This document shows, one piece after another, positions 50,466-62,844 of a stretch of DNA of 64,000 nucleotides. Both the position numbers and the translations under genes were made by a program. Origin of the DNA: Lingula anatina (lineage: Eukaryota; Animalia; Brachiopoda); the NCBI GenBank assembly GCA_051362555.1, contig CM120647.1, positions 10,950,651 through 11,014,650 on the forward strand. The letters run 5' to 3'. The notes beneath the pieces were generated by a model. The model worked only from the letters and a program-made list of their open reading frames with translations, ran no database searches and was not told the DNA's origin. Position 1 is the first letter of the stretch. Each line of letters starts with the position of its first letter.

Positions 50466-51395
50466 AACTACCAGTACAAACGTCGACCTGGTGTAAAATG
50501 ATCAATATGCTGACGCCAAAGTGCACAACTCCTTAATTGTGTAAAATGTAACGGCATCCTAGTGTTCTCTACTAGATTTAAAGTAACCTACCTCAGACAA
50601 TTTGCGAAATTGGTAAAATAAATTGAACACAGAATTGGGTTTAGAATGAAGAGAATATGTTATGTAAAAAGATATTAAATTAACCCAGAATTAGGTTTAG
50701 AGTGAACAGAATATGTTAGGTAACAAGTTCATCAGACAATTTACATAGTTGGTACTGTCATTTATTTATCTCCTAGGTGGAGTCGCGACCGGGCCATCCA
50801 GTATTTGGCCAACTACACCGAGATGTCTCTAGAATCGGCCGCCATAGAGATCGATCGCTACATCACGTGGCCCGGCCAGGCATGCGCGTACAAGATCGGC
50901 GAAATGAAACTGAAAGAGCTGCGGCGCCGTGCTGAAAAAGCACTAGGTACCGGTATTAATTCAGACACAGTGGTTGTGTTAAGCTCTTGGGATTAAATAA
51001 TAATAACTTTAATTGTCTTAGTCTTAATAAGATGTCTGCATGCATTTTCAGGGGTACCGCTCAAAGGGCGTATAGTTGAAAAATTGCCAGTTTGTGTCTT
51101 TTGTAGGCTCAATCGTAAACATATACATGTGCATGACTTACTGTTTGTAGTTTCTGCAAAACTCTTATGGCGCCATTCTTTCCTTGAAGGGTCTAAATTT
51201 GACACCAAAGAGTATCATCACCAGGTCCTCTCAATCGGAGCGGTGCCACTCCATTTGCTAGAACAGCAAATTGATGACTGGATATCTGCTACGGTCAGCA
51301 GCGCGGCCAAGACAAGCCCTGGTGTGGATGGCGGCATATTGCTCACTTTTGCTGTTCTTGGTGTGTTTCTACTTAAACAAGATAATCTCATTTAG
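43114..51395 (+). CDS. DUF885-family putative zinc metallopeptidase, secreted and probably GPI-anchored; 17 exons, about 627 aa
   Basis: Motifs LHEGNPGHHMQ, YSEGWGLYAEYLG, RAVRLVVDTGLH, EIDRYITWPGQACAYKIGE. All 16 introns are GT-AG and phase-consistent; exon lengths sum to 1884 nt. Confidence 0.92.
43586..43789. mobile_element. palindromic MITE in DUF885 intron 1
   Basis: GGACTAACAGATC..GGATCAAATAT..CCACTTGAA inverted against TTCAAGTGG..ATATTTGATCC..GATCTGTTAGTC. Confidence 0.65.
44267..44415 (+). CDS. DUF885 exon 2
   Basis: EPSVATFLGDYSFN; AG/GT bounded. Confidence 0.88.
44777..44907 (+). CDS. DUF885 exon 3
   Basis: LRAISRRDLSRSDRVTYDLL; phase 0/2. Confidence 0.88.
45602..45737 (+). CDS. 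DUF885 exon 4
   Basis: PFNTETDFQDFLNRL; phase 2/0. Confidence 0.88.
45942..46010 (+). CDS. DUF885 exon 5
   Basis: ITLMKEAIRLGRT; phase 0/0. Confidence 0.88.
46163..46281 (+). CDS. DUF885 exon 6
   Basis: NSTFFKPF; phase 0/2. Confidence 0.85.
46540..46624 (+). CDS. DUF885 exon 7
   Basis: VVPAFRNLSDFI; phase 2/0. Confidence 0.85.
46901..46999. other. near-perfect 99-nt hairpin in DUF885 intron 7
   Basis: TTATAATACTGATGCACCTATGAAGATCAACTATAAAGA pairs with TCTTTATAGTAGATCTTCATAGATGCATCAGTATTATAA. Confidence 0.85.
47079..47246 (+). CDS. DUF885 exon 8
   Basis: EYLP...TPQEIHKQGLEEVERI; phase 0/0. Confidence 0.9.
47519..47605 (+). CDS. DUF885 exon 9
   Basis: GFNGTIREYI...NPEFYF; phase 0/0. Confidence 0.85.
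48009..48223. mobile_element. palindromic MITE, family B (Harbinger-like)
   Basis: TIR GAGCGCATTCCCAGAGATTT / AAATCTGTGGGAATGGGGTC with TAA/TTA flanks. Confidence 0.7.
48244..48338 (+). CDS. DUF885 exon 10
   Basis: EELLAF...IQPKLKDLF; phase 0/2. Confidence 0.85.
48556..48660 (+). CDS. DUF885 exon 11
   Basis: GPAAYY...KPGIYMVN; phase 2/2. Confidence 0.88.
49094..49154 (+). CDS. DUF885 exon 12 (HEGNPGHH motif)
   Basis: ALSLHEGNPGHHMQ; phase 2/0. Confidence 0.92.
49449..49562 (+). CDS. DUF885 exon 13
   Basis: DLPKFRR...YTAYSE; phase 0/0. Confidence 0.9.
50025..50089 (+). CDS. DUF885 exon 14
   Basis: GWGLYAEYLGEEMG; phase 0/2. Confidence 0.9.
50312..50383 (+). CDS. DUF885 exon 15
   Basis: EIFRAVRLVVDTGLH; phase 2/2. 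Confidence 0.9.
50392..50464. repeat. (CT)n(CA)n compound microsatellite
   Basis: Read directly, 8 nt after the exon 15 donor. Confidence 0.95.
50777..50946 (+). CDS. DUF885 exon 16
   Basis: WSRDRAIQYL...PGQACAYKIGE; phase 2/1. Confidence 0.92.
51190..51395 (+). CDS. DUF885 exon 17 with hydrophobic GPI-type tail
   Basis: FDTKEYHHQVLSIGAVPLHLLE...SSAAKTSPGVDGGILLTFAVLGVFLL, TAG stop. Confidence 0.9.
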
Positions 51396-51719
51396 AAATA
51401 AACACCGGGCAGCCATCAGACTGTTTTTTCAGTCAGTGCGTGGCAAGCGTAACCTCTTTCAACATCGTATATACATGTATGGTGTTTCTACGGTACACTT
51501 GCTTAGAGAGAGGCGCTCAACCTTAGGCAAACCCTTCAATGGCATTCTTATCAAAGTGCATTAGACTGTATTTTCCCGTGTCCCAGAACGCAAACACAAA
51601 CACAACTTAGCAAGTTTTCACGCCTTGTTCTACATTTTTTTTAAATATACTCATATTATGTCATAATAGTTGAACAGTATTTTAATATGGGCGAATTTTT
51701 ACAAATTACTAAAACCGCT

Positions 51720-51725
51720 AATAAA
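51720..51725 (+). terminator. candidate polyadenylation signal of the DUF885 gene
   Basis: AATAAA 325 nt after the stop; another AATAAA lies immediately after the stop codon. Confidence 0.35.
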
Positions 51726-52860
51726 GGCTTCCTTGAGGAAGTTTATATAATTTATGTACTATTTATTTTTAAAAAATGAAATATTTATAACTAGAAAAGC
51801 ACTTAATGAGCGCACACCTCCGCCAAGAACCCTGCATTGCTGAATTGTGGTAGTTGAGATCACATCCATTGCACGAAGTATGCAGTTGCGCACGCAGCTA
51901 TATACATCCTTAAATGGGATCGGAGTGAAAGTAGTGATTATGCAATGCGCGCGCAGTACAAAGTCAATTAGCGAACCTTTATGAACTGGAGGGACAGATA
52001 AATACATGGAGATCAATTTACGACCAAATTTTTGAAGAAAATGCAGTTTTAAAACTTTTTTGGCTGAAAGAGAGATTAATTTGGTCTATAACTTGGCCTG
52101 TCGACTTTATTTTAGGTGTATAAGAAACTAGTAGGGGCCTAGAAGTAACTGGAAAACCACGCTCGCTTCATATATTATTTTAATCCAGGCGCCCAGGATT
52201 ACGTCCAATGAATGCTGATTGCACATTTAGACAGACCTGTATCACCGAAATGATATACGGAGTACTTAAAATTCGCATCTTTGTCTGGTCCTCTGGCGAC
52301 GAATGTCGTAATTTATGTTCCATGCTCGATAACCGTCAATACTCTGGTGTCCTGTTTTGTATGGAACAGGTTTCAAGGGCAGAAGCAGGATTCTGAAAAC
52401 TGACCTCAATGGCTCGAAAGAAAATGAAAAAAGAAGAAAGTGACAGACTATTTCATCCCCCCGGCTTCCTGTCATTATGTTCTTTGTTGTCTGTCTACCC
52501 CTGACTACTTAAAATACCAGTATGTATCTGTAGGTATTGTAGTTGTTCATTGTTTGTGATTTCCATTGCATCATTAATGTCAAATGCCGTCATGCAAGAA
52601 ACTTCGAATATCTATAGAATGAAACTGTGGCGCCCTACAGGCGGTGAGACAAAATCTGTCTGTTTTAAAGTTTGCATATACTAATACTGGGCACTAATGG
52701 CGTAAAGACTATACGGTTAGTTGTACATGCATTAATGCATGAGACGGCTAGGCATCATTCCATGTTATTTTAAATTTCGACCAACAGATTAAGACCCCAT
52801 ACACACACAAACACACACACACGCACGTACACACGCTTGCGCACGCACACACACACACTT

Positions 52861-52900
<40 letters not shown>

Positions 52901-53910
52901 GCTTCTTATATAGCGCCTTACATGCTACCATTAGGCAACTATTAATGGATAATATAAATAAAATCGTTGTACACGCACACATGTGCACGCACACATGCAC
53001 ACACACAGGGAAAAAAGGGTTGTGGTGAACCCCTTACTTTTTAAGTTTAAGAATTCATGAAGAATTGGCATGCAATCACCACATAGTCCTGTCTCACGAA
53101 TGTACCTTAAATACCTCAAAGTGTATGTCAGGAGGAGAAGAGTAAATTATGGACCGAAACCGGTCCACTTTTAACCCTGTCCGGTCCCACCTCTACCTTT
53201 CACTTCAATTGGTACTTTAGAGGTTTTTTTTACTGCTCTTAAGAAATAAAGAGTGTTATTTGTATCCCCTATCCCCTATACATAAATTTCATCTTTACAC
53301 AGAAAGCTGAGAGCAAATAAACAACAATAAAACCAGTCATAAGATCAGATAACGCGTTCGTCAAATTAAATTAATCAAATTTCAGGGAACTTTAATTAAG
53401 AAACCTGGCGCGTTATGACGTTAAGTGCCGTTAAGGGAAGTCGCTCTTCTATATATATATAATAAGCACTCGGAAAAGTGAACATTATCTCATGACTGTT
53501 GCAATTGTATTGAATTATATCGTAAACCTATCGACATAGTTCAACGATAAATGTACGCATAATAAACTGTGGGCTAATAAAGTCCAGTCTGGCAATATGG
53601 TTTAGTAGTTTTAGCTAGACTGTGAACTAGTGAATAAATGTTCAGTAAATGAGGAAAATTACTGTCCAAAAAAAAAAAAAAAAAGGATCAAATTCATTTT
53701 CCCTTTTTGGTGGCAGGCGACGTAGCACGGATCTAAGACATATAATTATAGATGATGTGTGCTGTTCACAATTGCAGATAAGTTCCCCATCATGGATAAC
53801 GAATAGATTTTCGGTGTATTTTATTCGCTGTATTATTATTTTAATATGCATAATTCACCCGTCTTGCAGAGGCGGCAGACGTGAGTTGTTCTCCGTGAAA
53901 AAGATAGAAG

Positions 53911-53951
53911 ATGAACGCTCTTTACCTGAATCTGTTGCTAGTGCTTGGTTG
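53911..53951 (+). CDS. EGF gene exon 1 ([13 protein letters not shown], signal peptide)
   Basis: ATG...TG|GTGAGT phase 2 joins G TTG GCA of exon 2, completing the signal peptide [11 protein letters not shown]. Confidence 0.75.
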
Positions 53952-53995
53952 GTGAGTTAGTGTCTGTGCTTTTTTTCCTTTTTTATCCTCCTATT

Positions 53996-54043
<48 letters not shown>

Positions 54044-54362
54044 CTTTATCATTTTCTATTTATTTTGATACTGCCCGAGTACTGGTCATCCTAGTCATGC
54101 GAGTGAGCTGACCATCTGGTCACAAGGCACCACCGCCAGGGCGTGTGTGAAGTTCAAATAAGTGTTTGAATAGACAGTGGACGGTCCAGTAAAATTAAAA
54201 ATTTAATCAGCCTAGGAAAGTCTAAAATCTTTCACGTATTCAGAGCTTTCCAAATACAATACAGCACTCTGCAGTATTCAGTATCCAAAGGTATTTCTAA
54301 GTACACCACAGTATAAACTATTGCTAGCAAAATTGTTTTCATGTCTCTCACTGTTTTCACAG

Positions 54363-54405
<43 letters not shown>

Positions 54406-54479
54406 TTTCATTGCATTCGACTTTTCTTTTTCTCGCGTCTTTTACATTTTTTCTTATATCTTATTGTATTTGAACTCTG

Positions 54480-54510
<31 letters not shown>

Positions 54511-57500
54511 TAGTTAGTCTGTTTGTTCTTTTGGCGATTTATTTATCTATATGAATTCTTACGCATTTTATTCTTCTTTCCTTTTTTCTTTATCATTTTT
54601 TACTTTCTTTTTCGTCTTTTCTTCTTCCTCAAGCTCTCAACTCGCAGTACATTTATTCGTTTGTTTGTCTGTTTACTTTTTATCTACTTCATCCATTCAC
54701 CTGTTTAGTACTAGTAATTCATTTAAATTGAAAGAAGAACCAAGGCATGACAGACTTGAAAAAATCTATATAGTCATATAGTCTTTGTCGTGTTAAGCAT
54801 AACCAGACATTTCGACGAGAATTGACACGCAACTAGCACGAAGACACGCAACTGTGTCTTTATATGTGGCAATGATCACACAATGATCACATTAAGAGGA
54901 CAGATATGATTCATTAAAATGTCATTTATTTATTTAAATTCATTCATTTATTTATTCGTGGTAATTCATTTTTGAAAGTTAAAAGTTAAACGTTTTTAAA
55001 GTTAAAAGTGAAGTCAGTAATCGATACTGAAACTCTTCAACTGGGCCCAGTTTTATAAAGGACGCTTAGCACTAACCAGTGGATAAGCCTAACCACTGGA
55101 TAAATTCCCCTAACACCCACTAACTAAAAGATGGTTAAATTGTGTTTTATATACAGTTTTTTAACGGAAAACAGCCAATTAATTAACTGGCCAGTGTTTG
55201 ACTGGATTAAATAATTATTTAAAGGTCAATTTACTAACAGACTATTAAGGTCTGGTTAGAGTTAAACACTGGTTAGTGCTAAACGTCCTTTATAAAACTG
55301 GACTGAGTTTTGTTACAGATAAGCTTAACGCGCGATGTGAAAATGGTCTTATTTTTTACAGTATGCAAGGTACGAGTACGTATTGGCTTAAAAGTTAAAG
55401 TGGAGAAGTTCTTACACAGAAAATTTAATGAAAATTGTAAAGAAAATTGTAAAAAATCCCTTCATAATTATCTAACAGGCTAGGGGGCCCCATGTTGTCG
55501 TGGCTTTGCAATAAATCTCATTCGTCAAGTCGACTAAATATGAACCAAATAAATAAATAACAGAAAGTAAGAAAGGAAGAAAAAAGAACAAAACCGTTGC
55601 ATGCAGACCCTTTAGAATAAGTAGAAAAAAAATATAAAGTTGATTTTTATGTCAGTAAAAAAGAGAAACCAAAACCGAGCCAAAGCCTGCTCAATATATT
55701 CTACATGAAACATAATTGTGGGCCAATAAATCGCCACTTTTACCTTGAGGATAATTATTATCATCTAGATACCAAAATGAGTTTTTCCTGCATCTAATTA
55801 TTCAATAATATCATCTATCTTTTTGCTGATTTAAAACAATGAAAAAATCCCTCGAAAAAAAATTCGGCGTTTATGTATTTCGTTGTGTAATGTAAGTTAG
55901 TGATTTTTTTTTAAACAACGTTTATTCAAAAGAATGAAGTGGAGGCAAGGCGCTGGAAGCATTATATGCTCTCCACAAAAGTAAGTGATATGTGTGAATA
56001 AGGTAGTGTGTAGTAGAGTAACTTAAGTTGATTGACATGCTTTTATGATATTTATACAACTGCACATAATCTAAACGGGGAGAAAGCCGCTACAGAATGC
56101 ATGAGGCAGAAATAGGAACGAATGAAGCGGCAAATCTGATAACTGGAAAGTAGTTAATACATTATAAGGAAGTGAAGAATTGAGTGGAATTTGCTACCTC
56201 GCGTAACACCAAGAAGACAAAGTTAATAACTTTGTCACAGTTGCAATGTATTTATAAGCATAGGAAACTCAAAGCTTTAATCGTCATTTTTTAACACCTT
56301 TCTATCTTGAGGTTAGATAGCAATTGGTATGGGGCGTAACTGCATCCCTGATTAAGAATTTGTCGCGAAAATTTGCAGAGTTGACCAGGAAAGTATAGGC
56401 TACAATTTCTTGTCGTCAATTTGGTTTAAATGTTTTTGTTTTGGGTTTTAATTACAGATTTTCATTATTTTGCTTTATGAACAGTAAAATCTCAACTACA
56501 TGTAAGAGTTTTAAGAAAATCGCTGGCAGGGATTTGGAGTACTAAATGGTGTCATTAAATAGGCGTTATAACGGTGATCGCGTGCTAAGGTAAAACATCC
56601 AAACACAATATACAGGTGCATTTCACATGCTGAATAAAATTGAATGAATTCAAAGTTATATTCAATTTTTAAAACATATATGTGTATAGAACGAAAACCC
56701 ACAACTGTCTCAATTTAAATTAAAATTTTAATTTTACTATGTCTTTTACAACGAGCCCTCAGTGGTAACATATGTTCCAAAAAGGTATGTTCCGGGTCAT
56801 TTATTTTCAATTTCACACCGCGTTCCGATATATATTGTAGTGGTTCAATCATGGTAAATTAGTCATGGAGTAAGGATGTTTTTATAAATATTGAAACTGT
56901 AACTCAAGGGGCTTTGCACCATGGCTTACACTAGGTGATGAAGTATGTTCTATGGAAAAATTGTCAAAATGTTTCATTTTGTTCAAGTACTTGGTGCAAG
57001 AAAAAGCAATGTTTTCTTTTGCTGACTGAAAAATATATTATGATTCCAAGTTAGTATAATATCACTGTAGGTAGTGTGTATTTCCCCCGTTTTTATAATT
57101 TTCAGTGACAAACAAACTAAAGTTGCTCAAAGACAATTAATTGCTCTACACAGAATTTTATTATATTTTCTTTCAACGTTTTACTTGTAAGAGATATATC
57201 AAATAACAAAACCAGTGATGATTGAATTTTCACCGTGAGTAAAACGTTTCATAGTTGAACTTTTTGCATTTGTGACAGTGACTATGTTCCTTTTTGGGGA
57301 TAGAGGATGAATTATTTTTTATTATTCATGCTTCCAGGAGAGTGAAACTTTGATACAAACTTCTTCACGTGGGACACTAAAATAATCAGACATAGTTTGC
57401 AATCTGTGCACTAAATATTTTTAGGAGCACGCCTGTGACCTCTATAGCACGTCTATATTGGGTTTGGGTGAAAAGAGAAATTTGAGAAACCGATTTTTCA

Positions 57501-58734
57501 GTTTTTACCACAAAATCGTAATTATGACGTCACCTGTAAGATGACATATGTGTAAATGCTAATTAATTTAGTGACTAAAAACTGGACATTTATTTATTAC
57601 TCGAAAGAATGTATGAAAGGCAGTAAATAAGGAGTTTTGGGCGAAGGGTGAAAATGTCCTTAAATTAACAACACGACCGTCCATCCCTCGCGGTTACTTT
57701 CATTTTAACTGTAATTTCCGTTAACACCGTCTAATAACTTCCCTGTCGCGTCACGTTGCATCTCTTTCTTCTTAACAAAGGTAAATATAATAGGATGTGG
57801 GCGTAGGCTCGGATGTAGTTTGCCTGAAAATAAAGAAAAACGTGAACTATTTGAACCCGGACAAGTTCACTTTTGTGCCTGATCAGCAAAATATGACTCG
57901 AATAAGGCGTGCAAACTGGTTTTATTGTGAAAAAAAAAAAAAGATGAAAAAGATCTCGCCGGGTAGAAATTATATCTTAACATATTGACAACAAGTAAGG
58001 GCTATTTCACAGGAAATTATCGTTCCATGTTATGTATTACTTGCTTTTCAAGATGGACAGCAAAATGGCACACACCCTAACATCCAGACTCTGTTGTGTT
58101 ATGCTCTCTCTTCCAGAGGTTTTCTTGCTAAAACACAGTTGTATCAAAGTGCGTCTGATAACAAGTACTGGGTTCACCCTCTGTAGCTTAATTAACATGG
58201 CATCACCTCTCAAAGTGTACTGGTACATTCTGTATCACTAAAATATATCCCTCGGCGCGAAAACAGGTCTTTGACAACACTATCGTACAGCTGACATAGG
58301 CCTTCACATGTATTGATTGTATGAAATATTCATTGGAGGTTGCGTTTTAAGATTTCTGGTTCATTTTCTCCTCAGGTTGGCAGCATTAGCTCCCATTGTG
58401 GCGGGGTCTTACTGTACACAAACCTTCACCTGCACAAAAACTCGGCGGCATACGGTTAAATGCGGTTGGTGGGGATGGAAGAAATGTATTGGTTACAGGT
58501 AACATGGCTCTTTATATGCAAATAATCCGACGGGATATATACTCTACAGTTGGACATAAGGGGAAGAAAAACTCGACTTAATATACTGTTTTTTTTATAG
58601 AAGTATTTATTTGAAAAAAAAATTGAATTGGTCTCTGGTGCACTGTACGTCAAAACACAATCTCAGTTAAACACAGAAGCTAATTCAAATTAACAAAACG
58701 TTTCCGGGCCTTGAGGTGTCCTCCTTTCAAGATC

Positions 58735-58775
<41 letters not shown>

Positions 58776-58972
58776 CTTTATTCATTTATAAAATTGGATT
58801 ATTTTTACAGAGTCGTGAACTCCCAGTGTTCCAGGCAGGTGTGTTGTAACGGATGGACCGAACCAGGTTGTAACCAAGGTATGTGGACTGGTTTCGGCGA
58901 TAATGAGTGTAAAAAGAAAGGGCAATATAACCCTAAATATAATGATCCTGTTCCGGCTCCGGTTCCTGGAAT

Positions 58973-59015
<43 letters not shown>

Positions 59016-60316
59016 TAACAGTTTATGATTAATATTCATGTGTAGTGGACAATAGAACAGGCGTGTTACAACAAATAATAATGGTAATTGCTAAGAATCC
59101 GGTTCCTAGTTTTTAAAGAACGCACATAAGGTACATGTAGGGGGTATCCTAATAGTATGTACAATTATATAGAAAATTATATTAATAATCTTGCTACCAA
59201 CTGCGTTACAATAATATCATAACAAATGTACAGAAGCAGCTTATCGGAAGAGAGTTGGGTTTTTGTACATCACTTCTAACAAATACATTGTCACTGTGCT
59301 GGGTAGGGTACATAATAACATACGCAGAACGACACATGAGTGCTATTAAAATGAGTACCACGCAGTATCGATACCATGCCCAATGCAGTATTTTTAGGTC
59401 CTATTCGGATCTTAAATATCCTTCATTTGTTGTGTCTCAACCAGCCCTGTGCTATGGCTCCAATTCGTGTCCTAACGGCGGAACCTGCGTCTCTCCGAAC
59501 AAGTGCTCTTGTCGACCAGGTTACGCCTTACCAAGATGTGACGGTAAGATTCCCTGACTACGTTAATCAGATGTTTCGTTTGGTAATTACTATTTAATGT
59601 CGAGCAAAGGAGACTCGGGTAATTAGTTTCTACAAATAAGTTTTTGTAAGGTTTAGTGCAATTAATTAAAATGTAAATTTTAAGGTTTCAAATCTTTGTT
59701 GGATTCTTGTCAAAAACTTTTAAGGGTTACTAAAATGTTGGATTCTTGTAAAAAATGTAAGGGTTACTAAAAAGATAGAAACTAAAGCAATATGCCAGAA
59801 AAAGTTAAGTATTTAAGATTATAAAGAAAATATTGTGCCGGGATTTATCAATTCGTGCAGATCAAAATGTGTTTGTCTCACTTTCGCTGAAATTACGCAT
59901 TGAAACTGTTATTGTAGTTGTTGCACTTTCTGGGAATAGCAATTGCACTTATTTAATGTATTTTGCAGCGTGCCCAATTGACTGTTCAATTAAATGTGGT
60001 TCTTCGTGATAGCCCTAGAGTCAGTTTATGTAATACCACAATTTACCGTGTAACTGCACAGCGTTCCAATTCGCTGAAACAATAAACGTCGTGAAACGGG
60101 CGTAGGCCCAGAGCATGTATGTACAATTGAACGTTCGGGTACGTGAATTTAAATGTCCTTTTGTATAATTAAAAAAAGGGGTGACTTTCTCCATCTTTAC
60201 AGATATAAACGAGTGTGCCAGCAGTCCTTGTCAAAATGGTGCACGTTGTGTAAATGAAGTGAATCGCTATACCTGTCAATGCGCAGCCGGATACAGCGGT
60301 GTCAACTGTCAGAACG
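53911..60316 (+). CDS. secreted EMI-like + EGF/calcium-binding EGF domain protein, 5' part (continues beyond 60316)
   Basis: Exons 53911-53951, 58376-58498, 58811-58878, 59445-59543, 60203-60316 are phase-consistent; signal peptide, CCNGW motif, EGF, DINEC cbEGF. Confidence 0.85.
55041..55307. mobile_element. MITE with about 35-bp TIR
   Basis: CCAGTTTTATAAAGGACGCTTAGCACTAACCAGTG inverted at about 55267-55301. Confidence 0.8.
58376..58498 (+). CDS. EGF gene exon 2 (SYCTQTFTC...CGWWGWKKC)
   Basis: ctcctcAG acceptor, AG|GTAACA donor. Confidence 0.85.
58811..58878 (+). CDS. EGF gene exon 3 ([12 protein letters not shown])
   Basis: tttttacAG acceptor, G|GTATGT donor. Confidence 0.85.
59445..59543 (+). 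CDS. EGF gene exon 4 (EGF-like domain)
   Basis: [24 protein letters not shown]; phase 1/1. Confidence 0.9.
60203..60316 (+). CDS. EGF gene exon 5 (calcium-binding EGF)
   Basis: [36 protein letters not shown]; 114-nt phase 1/1 exon. Confidence 0.92.
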
Positions 60317-60828
60317 GTAAGTTTGAGCAAATGGTTCAACATCGTATGCATGCGGGTGGCTAAGGCTGCGTTCAAATGGAAAATCTATTTTCTAAAAATC
60401 TAAAAATCTATTTTCGGTATCTTGTGATCACGGTCTGTGCCCTGGATACGCCGCGGCGTAATTACTGGCAGCGCCGAGAATTACTGTTACATTTATTACA
60501 GAACAACATCAGAACTGTAAAAGTAATACACCAAATGGATAGATTGAGAACCGTAAATGAACTTTAAATCAGCCAAATTTCGCAGGGGAAGACACCGCTA
60601 GCTAATTATTTAGAACAGTCATTAAACAGCGCCCTCTACTTAAAACATGTCGCCCGCACGTACCTACGTCTCTGTATGTGTACGTCTTGATATTAATATT
60701 CAATAGTAAGTCACTTGTGTCGATATTTTTACGTACGCGTTAAGTGTATAATTTGATTTCATACGTGTTCCTCAATTCACAATATATGGTTCTGTAATTA
60801 GACCAAGGACAATAGTTGCAACCATTAA

Positions 60829-62424
60829 GGGGTCTAGGATATTAAAAATACGTCTAAAACTCGATTTTTAGTTTTTTATACGTTAGAAATAATCAATTTT
60901 GTATCTAATACTCAATTAAGTTATATTTGTGAAACACGGACTAAAAATAAACATTTGGACGAGTTTTTCTACCTGTCCTGACTGGTACGGGTGGCAGGCT
61001 TTAGGCTCCGCCTCCGTTGTCAAGCACCGTTACTATGGTGAGGCGGGGCAGGAATGGTTGTCTAATTTCTTAAGCTGTTACGCGTGCCCTGGCAGCTCAT
61101 AAGTCTTACGTCAGCTAAGCAGAACACAGTTATATAAACAGTCATGGGAAGAAAGAAAGTCGTGAGAAAACGGATGAGCGAGGAAAGCAAGAGAATTTTG
61201 AAAGAGAGTGTACGATATATTAAATTTTCTCCTATAGCGTCTAAATCACGTCTAGGTAAAGACTCGAGATCACACTTGAACTGCTGAGTATTCGTACAAC
61301 GTCTGGGGTTGTCAGAAAAAAATCGTTAGGCAATCATTTTATGCACAATAAAGATTGTAATAGCAAGCAAGTTTTTTAGTAATATTGCCACCCAAAACAT
61401 TATCAAATTCGCATATTACGGTCTTGGCACTCTGTGGCATCATGGCATATGCGTACCCACATTCGGCCATTTCTCGGAGTAAATCTTGCTTTGCTTTCTC
61501 AATTTTCGCGTCTTGGCGTGTAGAGCGGCGTCCACGCACTACGGGTGGCAAATTTCCTCTGCTGGCACACCAAGTGATCCTCTTTTTGTTTGTAAGCGCT
61601 TCCTTAGACACTTCCTAGACAGTGCACAGACTCCTACTGCGTCAGGCACAATTATGATTAATTACGTCAGTGAAACGAGAGAAGGTAGACCTACTCAGCT
61701 GTCAATCATTTCTCAGCGAAGAGCGGCTTTCGTGGTACGAATAAGTTTGCGTACAAAAGTAAGATTTTCTGGCATCTAGATAGAAACAAACAACCCAATT
61801 TTAACACGTAATGGTGTATAGACCTTCCCGATCAACAAGATGATAACAGGTAAGGTGGAGGTGCAATTATTTTGCTTAAATAGCCCAATTACCTGAGCAA
61901 AATGGTTTAGGAGCGATTTCTCAGCTTTGAAGATTGATAACATAGTCTAAACTTCAATACCCATATCTCATTCTGTAACTGTCAGATTGACATGAAATTT
62001 GATGTGTCTCTGTTTCAGTATAATATCTAGTCGACTGAGTCTTGGTTTTTGGATTGACCTTTTATTTTTGAAGTTATTAATACTGAAATTGGAAGGTCCA
62101 TATATATTTCGTAAAATTCACGTTTTATCAAAATAAAATCAAAAGCAAAAATAAAAAGAGAAAATCCTGACAGAGATCACTGGAGTTTGTGCTAACTTTT
62201 AGATAGCTATTTCAATCGTATTAATAGGGCTTTTTGTTTAAGAGAAATTCTTGATTAAAAAAAGGACAATTTTAGCCTCAAAACGCTGATATTACGTCAC
62301 TCGTGTTACACTGTGACTACAAACTTTGAAAAATTGTTTGGCTTGCCAGACCTTATCTTTAAGTTAATAGGAAATTTCATTAGCTGCATTAGTTTTGGAG
62401 TTTTTTGTTAATATCCAAGATCCC
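60829..62424. mobile_element. non-autonomous TTAA-targeting DNA transposon, Kolobok-like
   Basis: TTAA on both sides; imperfect TIR GGGGTCTAGGATATTAAAAA vs GGGATCTTGGATATTAACAA (17/20); GG..CC termini. Confidence 0.7.
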
Positions 62425-62844
62425 TTAAATCCAACTTTTCCAAACGCTGAGACTTTTATTGTAGCAACTATACATTTTATATGTAATCGTATTAAAAACA
62501 GGTGCGCGTATGAAATATACTGAGAAAAATCGATAAATGTTTACAAAATACTTCAAACAATGTTGGAACAATCATGTTTTCAAAGAAATTTTATAGTTAA
62601 GGTATACTATTAATGTAATATGAAGTGAACCCTTTAATTCGATGACTTAACTATGATTTCGCAGCTTGTTTTTCAATACTACAATATTTAAGCATCTTAT
62701 CATTATTAAGTCTGCTGAACTTTTAAGTAATTTACACATTAAATAAATGTTTGATAACACTTGATGGAGCAAGATTAAAAATAATCAGATCTTGATAGAC
62801 GGGTTTTTATTAGTATACGTAAAATGCACGTATCAATCATTATA

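Noticed and set aside
43114-51395. Bacterial contamination as the source of DUF885
   Set aside because: The gene has sixteen spliceosomal introns containing the host's MITE families and microsatellites.
55700-57700. AT-rich stretch suspected to be another DNA transposon
   Set aside because: I could not identify matching termini or a target-site duplication by eye.
58032-58241. [12 protein letters not shown]... as the first exon of the EGF gene
   Set aside because: It lacks a convincing phase-2 donor; 53911-53951 gives a clean signal peptide in the correct phase.
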